From positions 2,840,271 to 2,904,270 of the forward strand of contig OZ199838.1 of NCBI GenBank assembly GCA_964304625.1: a stretch of DNA of 64,000 nt, in the 5' to 3' direction. This DNA comes from Kudoa neothunni (lineage: Eukaryota > Animalia > Cnidaria). The notes under the pieces are model-generated. The model searched no databases, was not told the origin of the DNA, and saw only the letters and a program-made list of their open reading frames with translations. Both the position numbers and the translations under genes were made by a program. Shown piece by piece: positions 41,801 to 56,000 of the stretch; the stretch's first letter is position 1; each line of letters opens with the position of its first letter.

Positions 41801-44800
41801 AAACTATTTAATAATGAATTTTCCGAGTATTTTACAAAGTACATCTGATTTGTTAATATGCGTAACTTCTTTTTAAACCTCTAAATTAGACTTTTTGAAG
41901 CGTTTATAATTTTTCCACCTTAAAAACTTCGTTGAGTCAACTTGTCTACATACTAAATAGTTATACATACATTTTCATTAAATTTTATCTATTCACAAGA
42001 ATTCTCTTGTAATATTAAACGGTCTTTAGTATTAATACAAAGAAAACCCCATGTAAATGTCGTTGAAATAATAAAATATAACGAATAAAAAATTATTATA
42101 ATTTTTTCCTGGAAAGATTTTTATTCTACAGCAGAGATTCTCGGCTGGAGGTAAATTTAAAAAATGTGAATATTACATTGATACCTACATAAATAACTAT
42201 TTTTATAAGTTCATGTTATTTAAATCATATTTTAGAATTGACATATTTCCTAATAAATTTTAAGAAATATCAATTCTATTCGTTAGTGATATTTAAGTCA
42301 CAACAAATTTGGTGTAATCTGAAATGTCATAAATGGGATTAATTTTGATTAACTTTATTATATTCATATTTATAGCTTAGGCTTATTTTAAAGTATGATA
42401 TGTCATGTTTAAAATAACAACTATAAAACAATTCTATCAGAGTTTTTGTTTAAATATATCATATCTGTTTAATGAGTAATATTAACTTTTCTTAATTCAG
42501 ATAAAATTAAAATTTTTTAAGTATAAAGCATATAATTTCAATTATAACTTAACAATAGTATGCCGATCACATAATTTCTATATTTAAAAAAATCCATATA
42601 TTATCTTATCAAATGAATTTATATACTAACTTTTTTATTGTACCAAAAATGTTAGAAAACGTACCAATAGATATTTAAGTTCTCAAAGAAACGCTTAATC
42701 AACAATAGGAGTCTCCAAGCTTCTACAATGAGTCAGTGTGACCCGCACCCCCAAAAGTTATGCCCATCACTGATTTATTACAATTGCAACTGTTCGAAAA
42801 ACAGTTTCTGTTTATGTTGAGGCATAAATGGACATTACACTTAATTTAAATATGTTAATATAACCTATTTTGAAGAATCAGTTGAAAGGTTCATATATAT
42901 ATTATCTTCAACTTGTTCAAAAATACCAGTTGTTTCAATATCATTGTTTATTTAATTTTTTGCGTTCACTGTCCAATTTAAGCGATTCCCAAGCCAGATT
43001 AAATTAGTTAACAGAATCAAGTTGTTATAGAAACAAAAAAATAAATTTAAAAAATTCCTTGTTTCGAAATACAATTAAGGTGTTTATTTTATTGCAGAAA
43101 AGTTCGTTTCATATCTTTACTATGTAAACGTTATTATTTATATGAAGGGCATGTTCAAGTGTGTGTAATATTCCTTTTTTTTTATTTTAAGTGAAAAATT
43201 TAAAAGTAAAACTCCGTCACTTTATTATTTTTAAAAGTACTATTATATTAAGAAATACTCATAGGGAAAAATGAAAGAAAATATTTTGTAAAGGATACTG
43301 ATATAATAAACGCTGATTGGCCACCTCCAGGTATTCAAGGATTAAGACAACTTTTAAAATAATTATTTCAAATATTGTAAGGTTTATGTTTGACTTATGT
43401 GAATGTAGTTTAAAAGTATTTTTAATTTAGTACTGATATATATATACGTTTTGAAATTTTGTAGTCATGCTGAATCCTTTTATTTTTGAGTTATTATATA
43501 CACTACCTAGCATCATCTCGATAACACGGTTGAATATTAATCGTCATAATATAGATTAATCTTTATTTCCAATTTTTTTTAATATTAATTAAATAATTTT
43601 TAAATTTGATCAATGTGCAAGGTTATCGTAAAGGTTAAATACTATAAAATAGCTAAATTATTTTTGCGTGTGCGTGCAAAATAAAAACAATAGCTGAATA
43701 AACGTATTCCATGTACCACTAAGGATTTTTTTACTCTGAAGTATTTTTGAATATTTTGTTTACTTTAAAAACGATTGAAAATTTCAATAATTTTTCTACC
43801 ACATATATTAGTTATTTTACAGGAAATAAGTTTTTTGTAAAATAAATCGATTAGATTTTCATGTTTCATCAACAATACAAAAAAAATAATTAGCCAATTT
43901 TATACTTAATGTTGTACAGGAAAATTTAAATTCGAATTTAGGCCGTTTGAGGACTGAATATTTTTCTAGCTTGCATTGATTAACTGTGTATTTATATACA
44001 TGTATTTAGAGTGCTACCAAAAGCTGTGCTTTCCTTATAAAGAATGTGTATCACCTGTTCGCGGTAAGTCTACTTCCATTTTAGAATCTTTTGGCATGGT
44101 AAAATTAACTCTCAAATAATCTGTAATTTTTTAATCATCCTCCAATTTTTCATTTTACTATTCACTGCAGAAAATAAAATATCTAATAATATTCATAGTC
44201 GTAAAATTAATATAATATTAGGTTTTTATTAGTTTCGCATGATTAATTATACCGTTGGATTTATTTCTCAAGTTTTATTCTCATAGTCACTTTGATAGTA
44301 TAGTTTATTAATTTTTATGTTAATCTATAACACATTCTATGCTTTAAATCATGTCCATTAATAATTTTCAAATATAAGTTAGATAACCTTATTATTTTAA
44401 CATTTCCGAAGTTTTAATAAGGTTGTTTTTATAGACATCAAAAATTTATGAGACAATGATCCACGCATATTTAAAAATCAAATATATATTATTAATGGCT
44501 ACTACTTACGCTCTTTCTGAATGTAGGTGTTTGTTGTTAACCTTTCTTATGCATTAATTAACTAATAGAAAATTATGAGTTTTTATATTGATTATGAGCT
44601 ATCTATGGCATTATTTATGGTTGAATATTAATGTGTGCAACCGTAAGTCCAATTATAATGTGTATTTTTTCCAATTTTATGCATATTAAATACTCTTAAT
44701 TTTAACGAATAATATTTAAATTTTTAATAATTATTATCTTAGTTTTCGTTTAAAATTGAAATTTATCTGTATTTTTGTAATAAATTATATTTTACGTTAT

Positions 44801-47800
44801 CTAAGTATTTTTATTTTTAATAAACTGAGAAATTATTACAAGCGCATATAACTCAATTTTCAACGTTTAAACAAATTAATTTATTAACTTCAGTAAATAT
44901 TTTCGGTACCTATTATTACGCTGTCTCTAGATGTACGCTTTTTAAAAATTGTTGCTACAATGATTTTTTAATCAGTGCTTAATCTACTGTTATTGCTTAA
45001 TTTTTAAATCTAATTAGAAAAAAATCCAAAAATACTCACGCACGCAATTAATAAACCTATTTTTCTAATTCAAACAGGATTTTTTTAAATACTAACGACT
45101 ATATTGCATCTATATATGTTTTATCAACTGTCAAAATTTATTTAAAAAGAAGCTAAATTTATTATTAAGCTGATTTTATGACACTGATCTCAGACAATGT
45201 TCAATCTTTTCATATAACATTCAGTGCTGAAGTATTTATATGCTCAGTAATTTCGTATCAAGATTAATATTCCAATAATGTTATTATTCTATAGAATGAA
45301 ATAATATATTATTGTTAGCGGATGTAGAACATTGTATTAGAAAGATTAAAGTGTGCCGCATTTATTCTGCCTAGCACTAATAGATATTTGTAACCCATTA
45401 GAATATCCATTAAACTGTATCTTATGTATTTTTCCCCATATAATTAAGCTTTTGATGTAGAAACCAACATTATTTAACTTTTGGAGTACAACCAATTAAA
45501 ATTGAGACTATATTTAAGCGAATATTATCTACCGTGCCATTAGAACTTAGAATCATATTAATCATTAACCTACGCTTCCACACATTTTCACGTAATAATT
45601 CAAAACGTTCTTCTCATATTAGATACCTTTTTATTATGAATTCATGTGGAACACCATACCCAAAAAGTTGTCTATAACCCAACTTGGATGTACACTGGAT
45701 AACCCCCGGAACAACTATCTAATTTATATGTGTACTGCTTTAGCGACAGTCTACGAGGTATAGAAAATTCAAATTTTTGGTTTGTTATTAAAAATATTAT
45801 TTATAATAGCAATATGTGTCCAAATTCCAACAATGGGAAGTTGTTGGAATTTTTAATTGTATCCCTGTGTCGAAAATGGATCAAAATGATAATATCAGTG
45901 TAACAGTGTATCGCGGCTACGTTGATATTGACGAATGTGCACGAAATGTTATGAATGAAATTCTACACAATATGTATTTTATTATCGTTGACGACATTGC
46001 AAGAAGTTGGCATCATTGGCGCGATATAATCCAATTCTAAATTAAATGCTCGCGCGCGACATATTAATCTTTATATTAATAAAAACTAAACAGAAGTTTT
46101 TAATTAAATAACAAAATTCTAAATAAAGAAAAATATTACCTATTGGTTTACTATAATAAAGAAATGGGAATTTATTTTATGGATCAAACATTCTAAAAAT
46201 ATTTTTAATTAATTAATTCGAGAAAACATTCGTTTTTTATAATAGTATTTCATTCTTAGTTATTGTGATATTTAAACGTAAAATTAAATTTTTAAATATA
46301 TTATAGGCAATTGGCGAGACATAATAAATATTATTTAATTTGTAATTGAATCCTAATTTTCTATTCAATATTATTAGAATTAGATAAAATCTGCGATGAT
46401 GTATTCCTTCGAAAGTGAGTTTTTAATCTTTAATTATTTAATACTCTTTTTCAGCAATCTCTTTTAAGCCTCCCGGTATCGCGCGAAAAAAAAGTACCAA
46501 TGGTCTTTAATTTCTTTGTCATGCCATAAACAATTTTTCGACCATTAATAAGGTGCTCTGCGTAGGAAATTAAATTAATTATGAAGCGTTAGTATGCTAC
46601 AAAACAGTCTCATAATGCACCAATACCGGCTATTTAGAATTAAGGAAGAATTTAATGGTATAAAAATTAAAATTAAAAATATTTTGTCTGAAAACAAAGT
46701 AATTTGCTAAATGACAACTACTTTAAATGAAGAAATCATAAGTAAAATTGTTTCGAGCAGATTAAATAAAATAAAGGTGTTTTCGCTCTATTGATTAGTT
46801 TAACGTAATTTTTAAATTTTATGTTGTATATAGTATATAAGAGGTAACGTTCAAATGAACTCTTGAAACTTGATTTATACATTATTTTTTGTCAGACATA
46901 ATTTGATATTTGAAAACACTAGACTATATATGCCGTGTTAGTTCTGTGATGTAACCCTTAATTTTCTCTGTATTTCTCTGTTGTAAAAAATTGTATCTTA
47001 AAAATTTAATAATATCAGAAGTGGGTTTTCATAATTATAAAGTTATGTGAAACGACCGATAATCCCACGATTTTTAAATTACATTATTAATTCTCTTTAA
47101 AATAATTAAAAGTAAAAGTTTTTTAGAGGAACATCTCACATCGTTCTAGTGACAAGCTTATAATAACGAATAGTAAATCCGAAAGTAAGATATGTTATTT
47201 TTGAATTAAGACTCGGTAATCCGCAGCGGAATTCTATGATATGCTAAGAATCATCATTTACTCAATTAAATATTACATCTTAAATCTTCAATTATAAGAG
47301 GAAAATATATTTACTCTATATATATATATATATATATATATATGTTTTCTTAAAAATCGAAACATGCTTTTGTTTGGAAAGACAAAAAAATTATTAAAAT
47401 TAGCTAATAATAATTTTTTAAAATGTAATGTTTTTAAGCCGTTCTAAGTGTCTTAAATTTTTAGGAGAATTCCGAAATTTAGGGATTGTTTATATTTGTC
47501 TATACAAAACTAGGTTCAAATTAGTTGGATTTAGGGTCCACGCGGACCTCACTACGGACAGGGAGGGTTAACCCTCCAACAGACTTGGGGTCTTTTAGAC
47601 TCCAAAAGGATTTAAATTTGTTCATAGAATATTTATTAATTATTTGAGATGTTTAAAATTTCGTCTATTCTAATAAATAGATTCATAACAAATTTAATTT
47701 GGAGTATTGAATATATCTTATCAAACAAAATTTCTTTTCTCCAACGGACTTTGGGATAAAAACACCCCAGGATGTTTTTAGTTCAATTAATGCAGATAAT

Positions 47801-49899
47801 TATTATAAAACGATATGGAAGATTTTGAAAAATTCCGCCTAAGGAATATTGGGAAATTGAATAATTATTATTCGAGATAATCCGATTAATATGCAGTGTC
47901 GTAGCCGTCGTTTCGACAAGTATTGTGACGCCAAGGTTTATTACCCAAAATAAACAAAATTATCCATGTCGCCAAACCCGCTAACGATTAATATCTCCTA
48001 ATAAACAAGCTTTTAATAATTTAAAGGTAGAATTGTAGAACAGTAGTAGCATTCATCAATAAAAAATTATACTTAGATCGATAATTAATCCTACAATTAT
48101 AAATTCGAACTGTGATATTTATTATACAGTTTTATGGTAGGAATGTCTGAATTTCGCCTAATAATTTATGTTTGATACTGACGTTAAACATTTGCTACAA
48201 TTGATTATCTAATGTTTGTATTAAATATGAAATTCTCATTCTAATATATTCCTGTATTTAATAATAGGTAGCCGCTAAGAAGGAATTGTGACGATGCACA
48301 GAAATCTGTTGCCATATTTAAATTGTGGAATACATAAAGGATGTTTTACTCAATTGAGTGTTATGCCCCCTAAAATGTTCACGAGGTACTAACAGACACA
48401 TAATAGATTACAACAACTATCGTATATATCTGAAAGATAATATTAAATGTAAATTCATGTTGAATCAAAACCAAAAAATTTACAAAAATAAATTATTCAT
48501 CATAATCGATTTGATTCGCTGTGGCTGTTTTTGATTACGGTCATTATTCTGCATTTTTACCACATAGTGTGTCTTTATTAGAATTTATATTTTATTTTTC
48601 ATTCAGATTTTTGTTTTCCGTTATTTCAAATGAGGCTAAACTTACTATACGTTTAATCGCGAGTTATTACGAAATAATATCTAATCCTACCGAAGTAGAT
48701 CATCGAGGATTAATTATGCAGTAATTGATTGTTTCCTCATTATTCCTTATGCAAAATTTCTCCATATATTTCTCATGACTTTATAATAATTTTCTAAATA
48801 CATTAAAACAAAAAAATTCTGGGGTCTTTTTTACGCCAAAGCATGTTGGAGGGTTGTTTTTTCATCTGTTAGAGGATTAATAAAATAAAATATTGGATTT
48901 CTAAATAAAAATGTAATTTTTCATTTTAATCTCTGATAATTTGACATTCGTTACAAAAGTATCATGAGGTCACTGATAAAATTCTTTTTAATCTATTGAA
49001 TATAGGTAATATATTCTAACAATTTTATATAAGAATTAGTCTAAATCTAATTGTTTTTAAATTTATTACTCCTTTAATGATCGAGAATAACCTTAATAGA
49101 ACAATGAACAATATTTAAATTTTAAAGTTGCTGATATACAACCATAAATCGTAATTATTTTTATTATTATGTTTTAGATTGACTAACTATACATAGACTA
49201 GAATTGGCGATATTTATGTTGACATTAATAATTGTCGTGCTAATGCAAAAATTTTAAATAGAAATATCTACAACTTTTGATGATTATTATTATTATTATT
49301 CCAATGTCTATTTTCACAATGTTGTAACTCTTTGTAGGCATATATGGAATACTGATATTCATAGATATACTGTTGTTGATGCTCGAAATCAAACAACAGA
49401 CATAATTTATTATCGTTATTTGTTTGGTCCATTCTATCGTGATTTTACATTATTACGGTATATCGGCGGAACATATGATGTATATAATTTGTTATAATTA
49501 CCAATTATTAGGTCATGGAAATATTACGAACAATCGGAGATGGGTCTTATCGCATGCACATCGGTGCAATTGGCTCACCCCGACGTTGATGAAAGGAAAG
49601 TGAATGATAGATTGAAAGTACTGCTTAAAAATTCACCAAATCATCATCGTTTTGGAATTATCCTGGCGTCAAGATACGTTATCGAAAAGAAACCCACCGG
49701 GTGTCGGGTCACCTATATACTTCGAGCCGATCTTAGGTAGACTAATCGATTCACAATCGAAACTTAATGTGTTATCTCCAGGGGCAGAAACACTTCCTAC
49801 TGCAACAGCCTTAATCCATATCTAGTTAGTCGTCAGCTTGTTCTACTCAAAGAATACTTTTCCAAAAATAAAAGATCGAGGCATTCTTCTCAGCATTGA
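38812..49899 (+). CDS. RhoGAP + START domain protein (DLC1/STARD13/STARD8 family); 5' end unresolved, several frameshifts
   Basis: DVFNW...GLPLPPSIYKA, DGLFRRCG, YDIADIVKHYL, MSLPDEYREILQ, MTAENLATCLTPSIF. Exons 44010-44063, 45623-45757, 45810-45973, 49338-49457, 49512-49736 and 49782-49899 give START motifs KFQQW, HIWNTD, RDFTLLRSW, CTSV, ILASRYVIE, TYILRADLRG. Confidence 0.88.
41029..42772. mobile_element. Old hAT-like element in a RhoGAP intron
   Basis: Degenerate TIR CAGTGGTGAGTAAA vs rc CAGTGATGGGCATA; flanks ATCTACTA / ATTTATTA (6/8, C>T differences). Confidence 0.4.
47572..48876. mobile_element. Non-autonomous piggyBac derivative (~1.3 kb) in a RhoGAP intron
   Basis: TTAA at 47568-47571 and 48877-48880; termini CCCTCCAAC / GTTAGAGGA; palindromic GGGGTC..GAC(T/G)CC-type motif at ~47587, ~47752 and ~48821. 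Confidence 0.8.
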
Positions 49900-52800
49900 T
49901 AAACTCCACCTCCCTGTTTCCGCTATGTTGTAAATAAGCGCGATTTTTTTCTATTATACAGTTATTAGTGTGATCGTTTTATATTTTCAACATTTTTGTT
50001 ATTCGATTATTTTGGATTCTTTCCGTTTCTTCTTAGTTGAGTGATTTTATTATGGTGCATTAGGTTTGTTACTTTGATCGCTTAAGAAATCTGCACATAA
50101 TTAGTCACTTTTAAGACTACCTAATTATTTTCTTTTTTCATTTTCTTTTTCGATCCCTGATTAGATCTTAAGTTAAGTTGTAACTAAGGTATCATTCAAA
50201 AATTTGTTAGCAGGCTTGAGTGTACGAACAAGAATGAATTGTGGAGGTTCGCAGTGAAAAATTATTTTTTTCACTTTTTATGGATATTTTTATTCATTCA
50301 TATCTATTTTATGATCCATCATTGACGCATGCACGCCCCAAAAAATAAACAACCGATTATAGCCAAGATGGGATTTTCGGAAGACAAGTCCGTTCTATTG
50401 ATATGGCGCCGAAGAAATAATAAAATTCATTATGAGGTTTTGACGTTAACAATTATACCAAGAATAACCTAAATTATCGGAATTATTGTAGATGTGGCAT
50501 TAGGAAATGTAAGGGATGATTTTCTAAAAGCCTGCATTAATATAGAAAATACTTGAGAGAATATAACCATGCATTAGCGTTTCCTGATTAATTTCAATTC
50601 CAAAACTTCTACCACTTATAAGGAAAATTCTGCATACCTTCTCAAAAAGGAACTTATAAAGTGGATTTATTTTTACGCGGGTATAATATTTCTATTTATA
50701 TTAAATGCAAAAAAATAAACCAATAATTTAACAAAACACAAATATAACTAAAATAAGTGCAACCTATAATAAATTTAACGTTATGACATTTTTCTTGTCT
50801 TATGGAACAAAAATTAAGTCGAGACGAGTCTCTCCACTAGATAATGATATTTATGAATCATAATTGATAGTATAACTACATATTTAATATTTTAGCAAAT
50901 AATATCGGTGAAATCGCGCCCGCGCGAATTTTTAAATTAGAGGTTTGTCTTAGTTATGACTGTAAAAGGAAAAAGTAACCAGATGAATAAATGTTCAATA
51001 TAAAGTTTTAGTTTATATTATTTTTGGATGCAAACTGATACTAATTCGAAATATAAAAATCCAAGATAATTTAAAAAATTAAATCTTGACCATAAGTTAA
51101 ATTACATCATTACTTTACTTATAATTTACCTGAAAAAATATGCAATACAATTTTCAAGAATTCAATTAATTTTAAAAGAATATTATATTTGTTTATTTTT
51201 TCCATCAAGACGTGAATATTTCATAATTTTTTATTTTACACTATTGAAGATTTCTATTTAAAAATTGATTTTTGAATAAAAATGATTATTTTTATTTTAA
51301 ATACTACCAGATACAATATAGAAATTCGAAAAAGTTAGTTAAGTTTTAGTCAAATTCATCATATGACTTTTGTTTACCGGACATATTTAAATTTTCAATT
51401 TTTAATTCGGCTCGAATTGCACATGATATACTTTTGAGAGAGATCCCCATTATTTAGAATCGGAAACATTGCGTGAAAAGATTTCTTGGTCGTAAAATTT
51501 TGTTGTCGACTCTTGGTACTAGTCTCATATGCCCGATAATTAATTTTCCGGACCTTTTATTTATATGAAAAGATACTTTAATGGATTTCGATAAGTATGA
51601 TGATGGACCTTGTGAGGGAATACTCGAAGATATATCTGAGAATACATCGGTAATAAATTCCGAAAAGTTTATAATTCAAATTTTTAACATATAAAATATG
51701 TAGCGTTTAAAATTCTTTCTAACAAATTTATTTTAGGAACGACATACACGACATCATGTGTAAAAATATTAAACCATCAAAAATAACAGATTTTGTCGAG
51801 AAATGAGTTATAGATATTGTCTATTTAAATTTATTGTGTTCTACATTTATCCAAATATATTTTTTTGACGTGTGAATGTTTAAATAATAGTAATTAATGT
51901 GTAATGCGCATGCAACTTTTAATAAATCAGTTTTCTACAGCTGTTAAGATACATTTGAACTATTTTATCAAATATAACGATAATATTGATATATGTGTAT
52001 TTTTATATATTTAAATATGAATTTAAATTATTTTAACTTTATTTTAAATCATATGTAGATAATTTTTACATTAAAACAATATTAACCATCCCTTCATTGA
52101 TTGGCTGGCTGGCTCAGTTTATAAAGTTTATTTTCAAAATTAATGACATTTTTCAATCCTTTTATTGGTGGTGGTCAAAGAGGTGTTACGATTTGCGTAT
52201 TTTTAAACAAAAATTTTTTTAAGATCGAAGATCTGTTGTTTTATTTAACTTAAAAGTCAGCAATATTTATTTCGGAGTTTATCCAAATCAAAATCAACCT
52301 TTGGCGGCGACCTGTTTTCATGTGATAATTCAGTGAGATTATGAAAGTCAGTCCTTAAAATTATCCCCATTTTTAATGGAGAATCCACAAATATGATAAA
52401 TGTATAACCTTAATTCAATGGTAAATTACATTTTAAATATTTTGCATCTAATATCATATGATAGATTTTGACTTATCATAAAATATTAAAAATAATGTTG
52501 GGGGAATTGAGCAGATAGCGGGATTTCAATTTAGTACGAATATCTTCGTAATTTTTCCTGATTCATCACAAAACACAAAAAGTAGATATTATGCAATCTA
52601 TTAGCATCCGTTTCCTTATATCATCGAAGAAACGACTAAACTACGGATTTTTCACATTTTTTTAAACGGTTGCCATGGAAATTAATGTCTGCTAATAAAA
52701 TACAAAAAATCTAAATTTCTTTATAGATTATTGTCTTATTTTCTATATGATAAATTTGAGACTATTTTTCGCAAATAACATAAAATCTTCATTAGCGTAA

Positions 52801-53059
52801 TATTTAAAACTTTATTCAGCCATGATGAATATTTCATAAAACTAAATACCATAAACTAGACTTTGTAATAATGTCTATCGTTTAAATAGGCATCTCTTTT
52901 CAAATGACATAGTAAATCAATAGTTTATTGTCGAAATAATAATATTTTTTATATCTCGCAATAAATAGCCTTATCAAGAAAGGCGTCCACGTTGATAACA
53001 CCTAATCAGGCGCTATATCTTTCGATTGAATTTATCGCCGAATTGTTATCCCTTAGTTA

Positions 53060-56000
53060 ATGACATTATTTGCTACCGTTGTGTGTATTCTCGTCTTGAG
53101 ACTAAAATCTGTTGAGTCTATTACAACAAATTTCAATCCATTCCAGGAGTTTATAACGGAGTTTACTCAAAACCAAACAAACTCTGGATATGACCACACC
53201 TTGTTGGGTTATAACATGAAGAGAATCTCATCAGAAAGGTGATCATAAATGCCACTATTAAAATACTTTTTAACCAAAATCTAATAGATATATTTTATCT
53301 GCTCCTCTTGCCACATCCACAAATGCATTAAATTCATCTCTATTCTATACGTCAGGCCAAATATATGTGTGCGATTCGAATCTGGAGGGCACCCCAAAAT
53401 TTAGTTGTTCAGAGCTGGTTTTACTCAATCTTGATAACGGTACTTGAATGTTATTGTATTGATAGTTGATTTCATCAACTAAACTTGTAGCGAGAAATCA
53501 ACATTTATCAAATTATACGTTGTTGATGGGAATGGTGCTGGAAAAAGTGTCGGATAACTTTTTTATTGTAAGCGATAATTTATCGTAGACTCTCCTCAAC
53601 ATTATTATGGGTAGGTGTGTGCTCCTAATGGGGGAATTTTAAAGGATTCTTTGGATAAATCTCTCCACTATTGTTATAATTATCATAGCGACACACTACA
53701 AACCAACCCTATTGATTGTATGCGCCCTCAAGTAGCGGTTGTTAATTTAACTTAGTCGCCCAATTTCTTGTTAATAATACTGGAATAATTTCATACTCTG
53801 GTGGAGATGGGCATATACTGATAGGAGCTTTACGTGAAAAGTATTTACTTCGCGTTATGTTTTTAATTTTTTTAAGCTCAAACGTGGATTTTCGTTTTAA
53901 TCATTTTCCTTTTAATGGTGCCGATTTATCTTGGAATACTTATAATTCACCAACCCAATGTAAATTGTTAGTTTTAAGTATTTGTGAAACGTAAAATTTT
54001 AGATTTATGCAGTGTTCTACTGTACAAATTTCCAAACGACAAATGTAATTTTACTATATATATATATATATATATATTGTATTATAAAAAAATACATCAT
54101 TTTATATTTTTAAAATTTAATATTTGTTAATTTTAAAAAAATTATAATAAATTGTAAATTTGTATTTATGAATAGAATAAAAATTGTATCTTCTTATTAT
54201 AAATTCTTAATACATAATACATTATCCTAACTTGCATCCAACAAAAATAAATCTAAATGTACATATTATGGATTATGTGTATAAAATTGTATTTTTTGTA
54301 ATATAAAAAAATAAATATAAAATAAGTTAAGTGGATTGAATGCATTAAATTTAGTTTGAAAACATATACTAACATCAAATATTTTTTAATTGATTAAATA
54401 TTAATCGATCGTTACATTAATTGATTGATTAATTAGTTATTTTTTTTGTTTTTAGTAAAATTTGAGTACTATAAACAACTACCCGAAGAAGATATTGGTG
54501 TAAATATCTCTTTAATTATCATTATCACAGCTGATTTAGGTGTATATTTATCACCGGGAGAGGGGGATTTACAAAAAACAAGGCTTGGACGGGAAGTTCA
54601 GCGAAGTAAAAATTGACGATGAATATCATTGATGTTAATGATTCTATAGCCTCGTAAACATTTTGGATTCAAATCCCTCTACTACATAACAAACCAAGAG
54701 AGGTATAATATTTAGTGAATATCTGCAGGAATTTAATGATATACTCAAGAATCACCACAGTATATAGTAATCCATTTGTGGAATCTGGAAAAGGAGAGAT
54801 TTTGGTTCTTGTTGAAAATAATCAACCTAGCAATGAGCCAAAATCAAAAAAATGGCTAGGTGAAAAGCTTGGTGATTATTTTGGTTATTCAATCTGTATC
54901 ATTCCACATCAACTAATCGACGAAACTGGAAAACGTATTTAAAATTTTTTCAAAGTTTAATAAAATAATAATGCATTTGATGTAGTTATCGGTGTTTTGG
55001 CACCTTACGGGGGAACTGATAACACTGGGATTCTCTATATGTTACGCATTTTTGGGCCATCTGACACAATTCCAAATCAAGTTTCCTTTGAAATGGAATT
55101 GATTCTTGTAGCAGAAATCAATTGGAAAAATATATTATATATCATAATTTTATAGACATTGAAACTATCTGATCACATCACTGATCTCGATGGTGTTGAT
55201 AGGATTGCATATAACATTCCTACTTTTGTAGAGCTGAATGCAGATGGCGTTGATGGTAATTTTTTGGATAGTTTTCTTCATCTGAAGCCATGATCAAAAT
55301 AGACTTTATAATAGCAACAACTTCTGGTGCCGCTCCTTTACAACCCCTTATGTATGAGTTTAGATATTTAATTTAATTTTATGCAATATATAGGGCCCCA
55401 TTGTTTCTTGAAGTCCGTTGTACTTTCCTACATAAAAAGGCAATACTAGGGAACGAATGTGGTGAACATAAGGACAATTATCATTGGTAGTTTAGTTTAG
55501 TCGTAACTCCAATAAACTTTGTCTAGTATAAATTTGCAGATGGATTTTAACACAACAATTCTAAATAAAGATGCACAATATACCAAGAGTATGATTTTAA
55601 AGTTCATCTGTAAATCTTTAATTATACAATCAATTAATTAGCTAAATGTGATATAAGTGGTATTAAAAAATTATTAAACAACGAAACTGACATCCGACTG
55701 ATTTATAATAGTAAAATTGTAAATATTCGGTTTGAATTGTTATTTTTATCTTTTTTACATATTCTGTACGAAATACTTGAATTGAATAATATTTTATTCC
55801 CTTTTAATGAAAATACATGATATTTTCAAATGTTTGGAATTTTCTATATAAACCGACCTAATATAAGTATACTGTAGAATCAATTGAAATGGAAGCTGCA
55901 TTTTCTTTTCCCTTGGATTATTATAAATTTATTTTGCTCCCTAATATGAATAATGGACCACAACCCATTAAATTCCTGGTGAACAACGTTATAAATTCTG

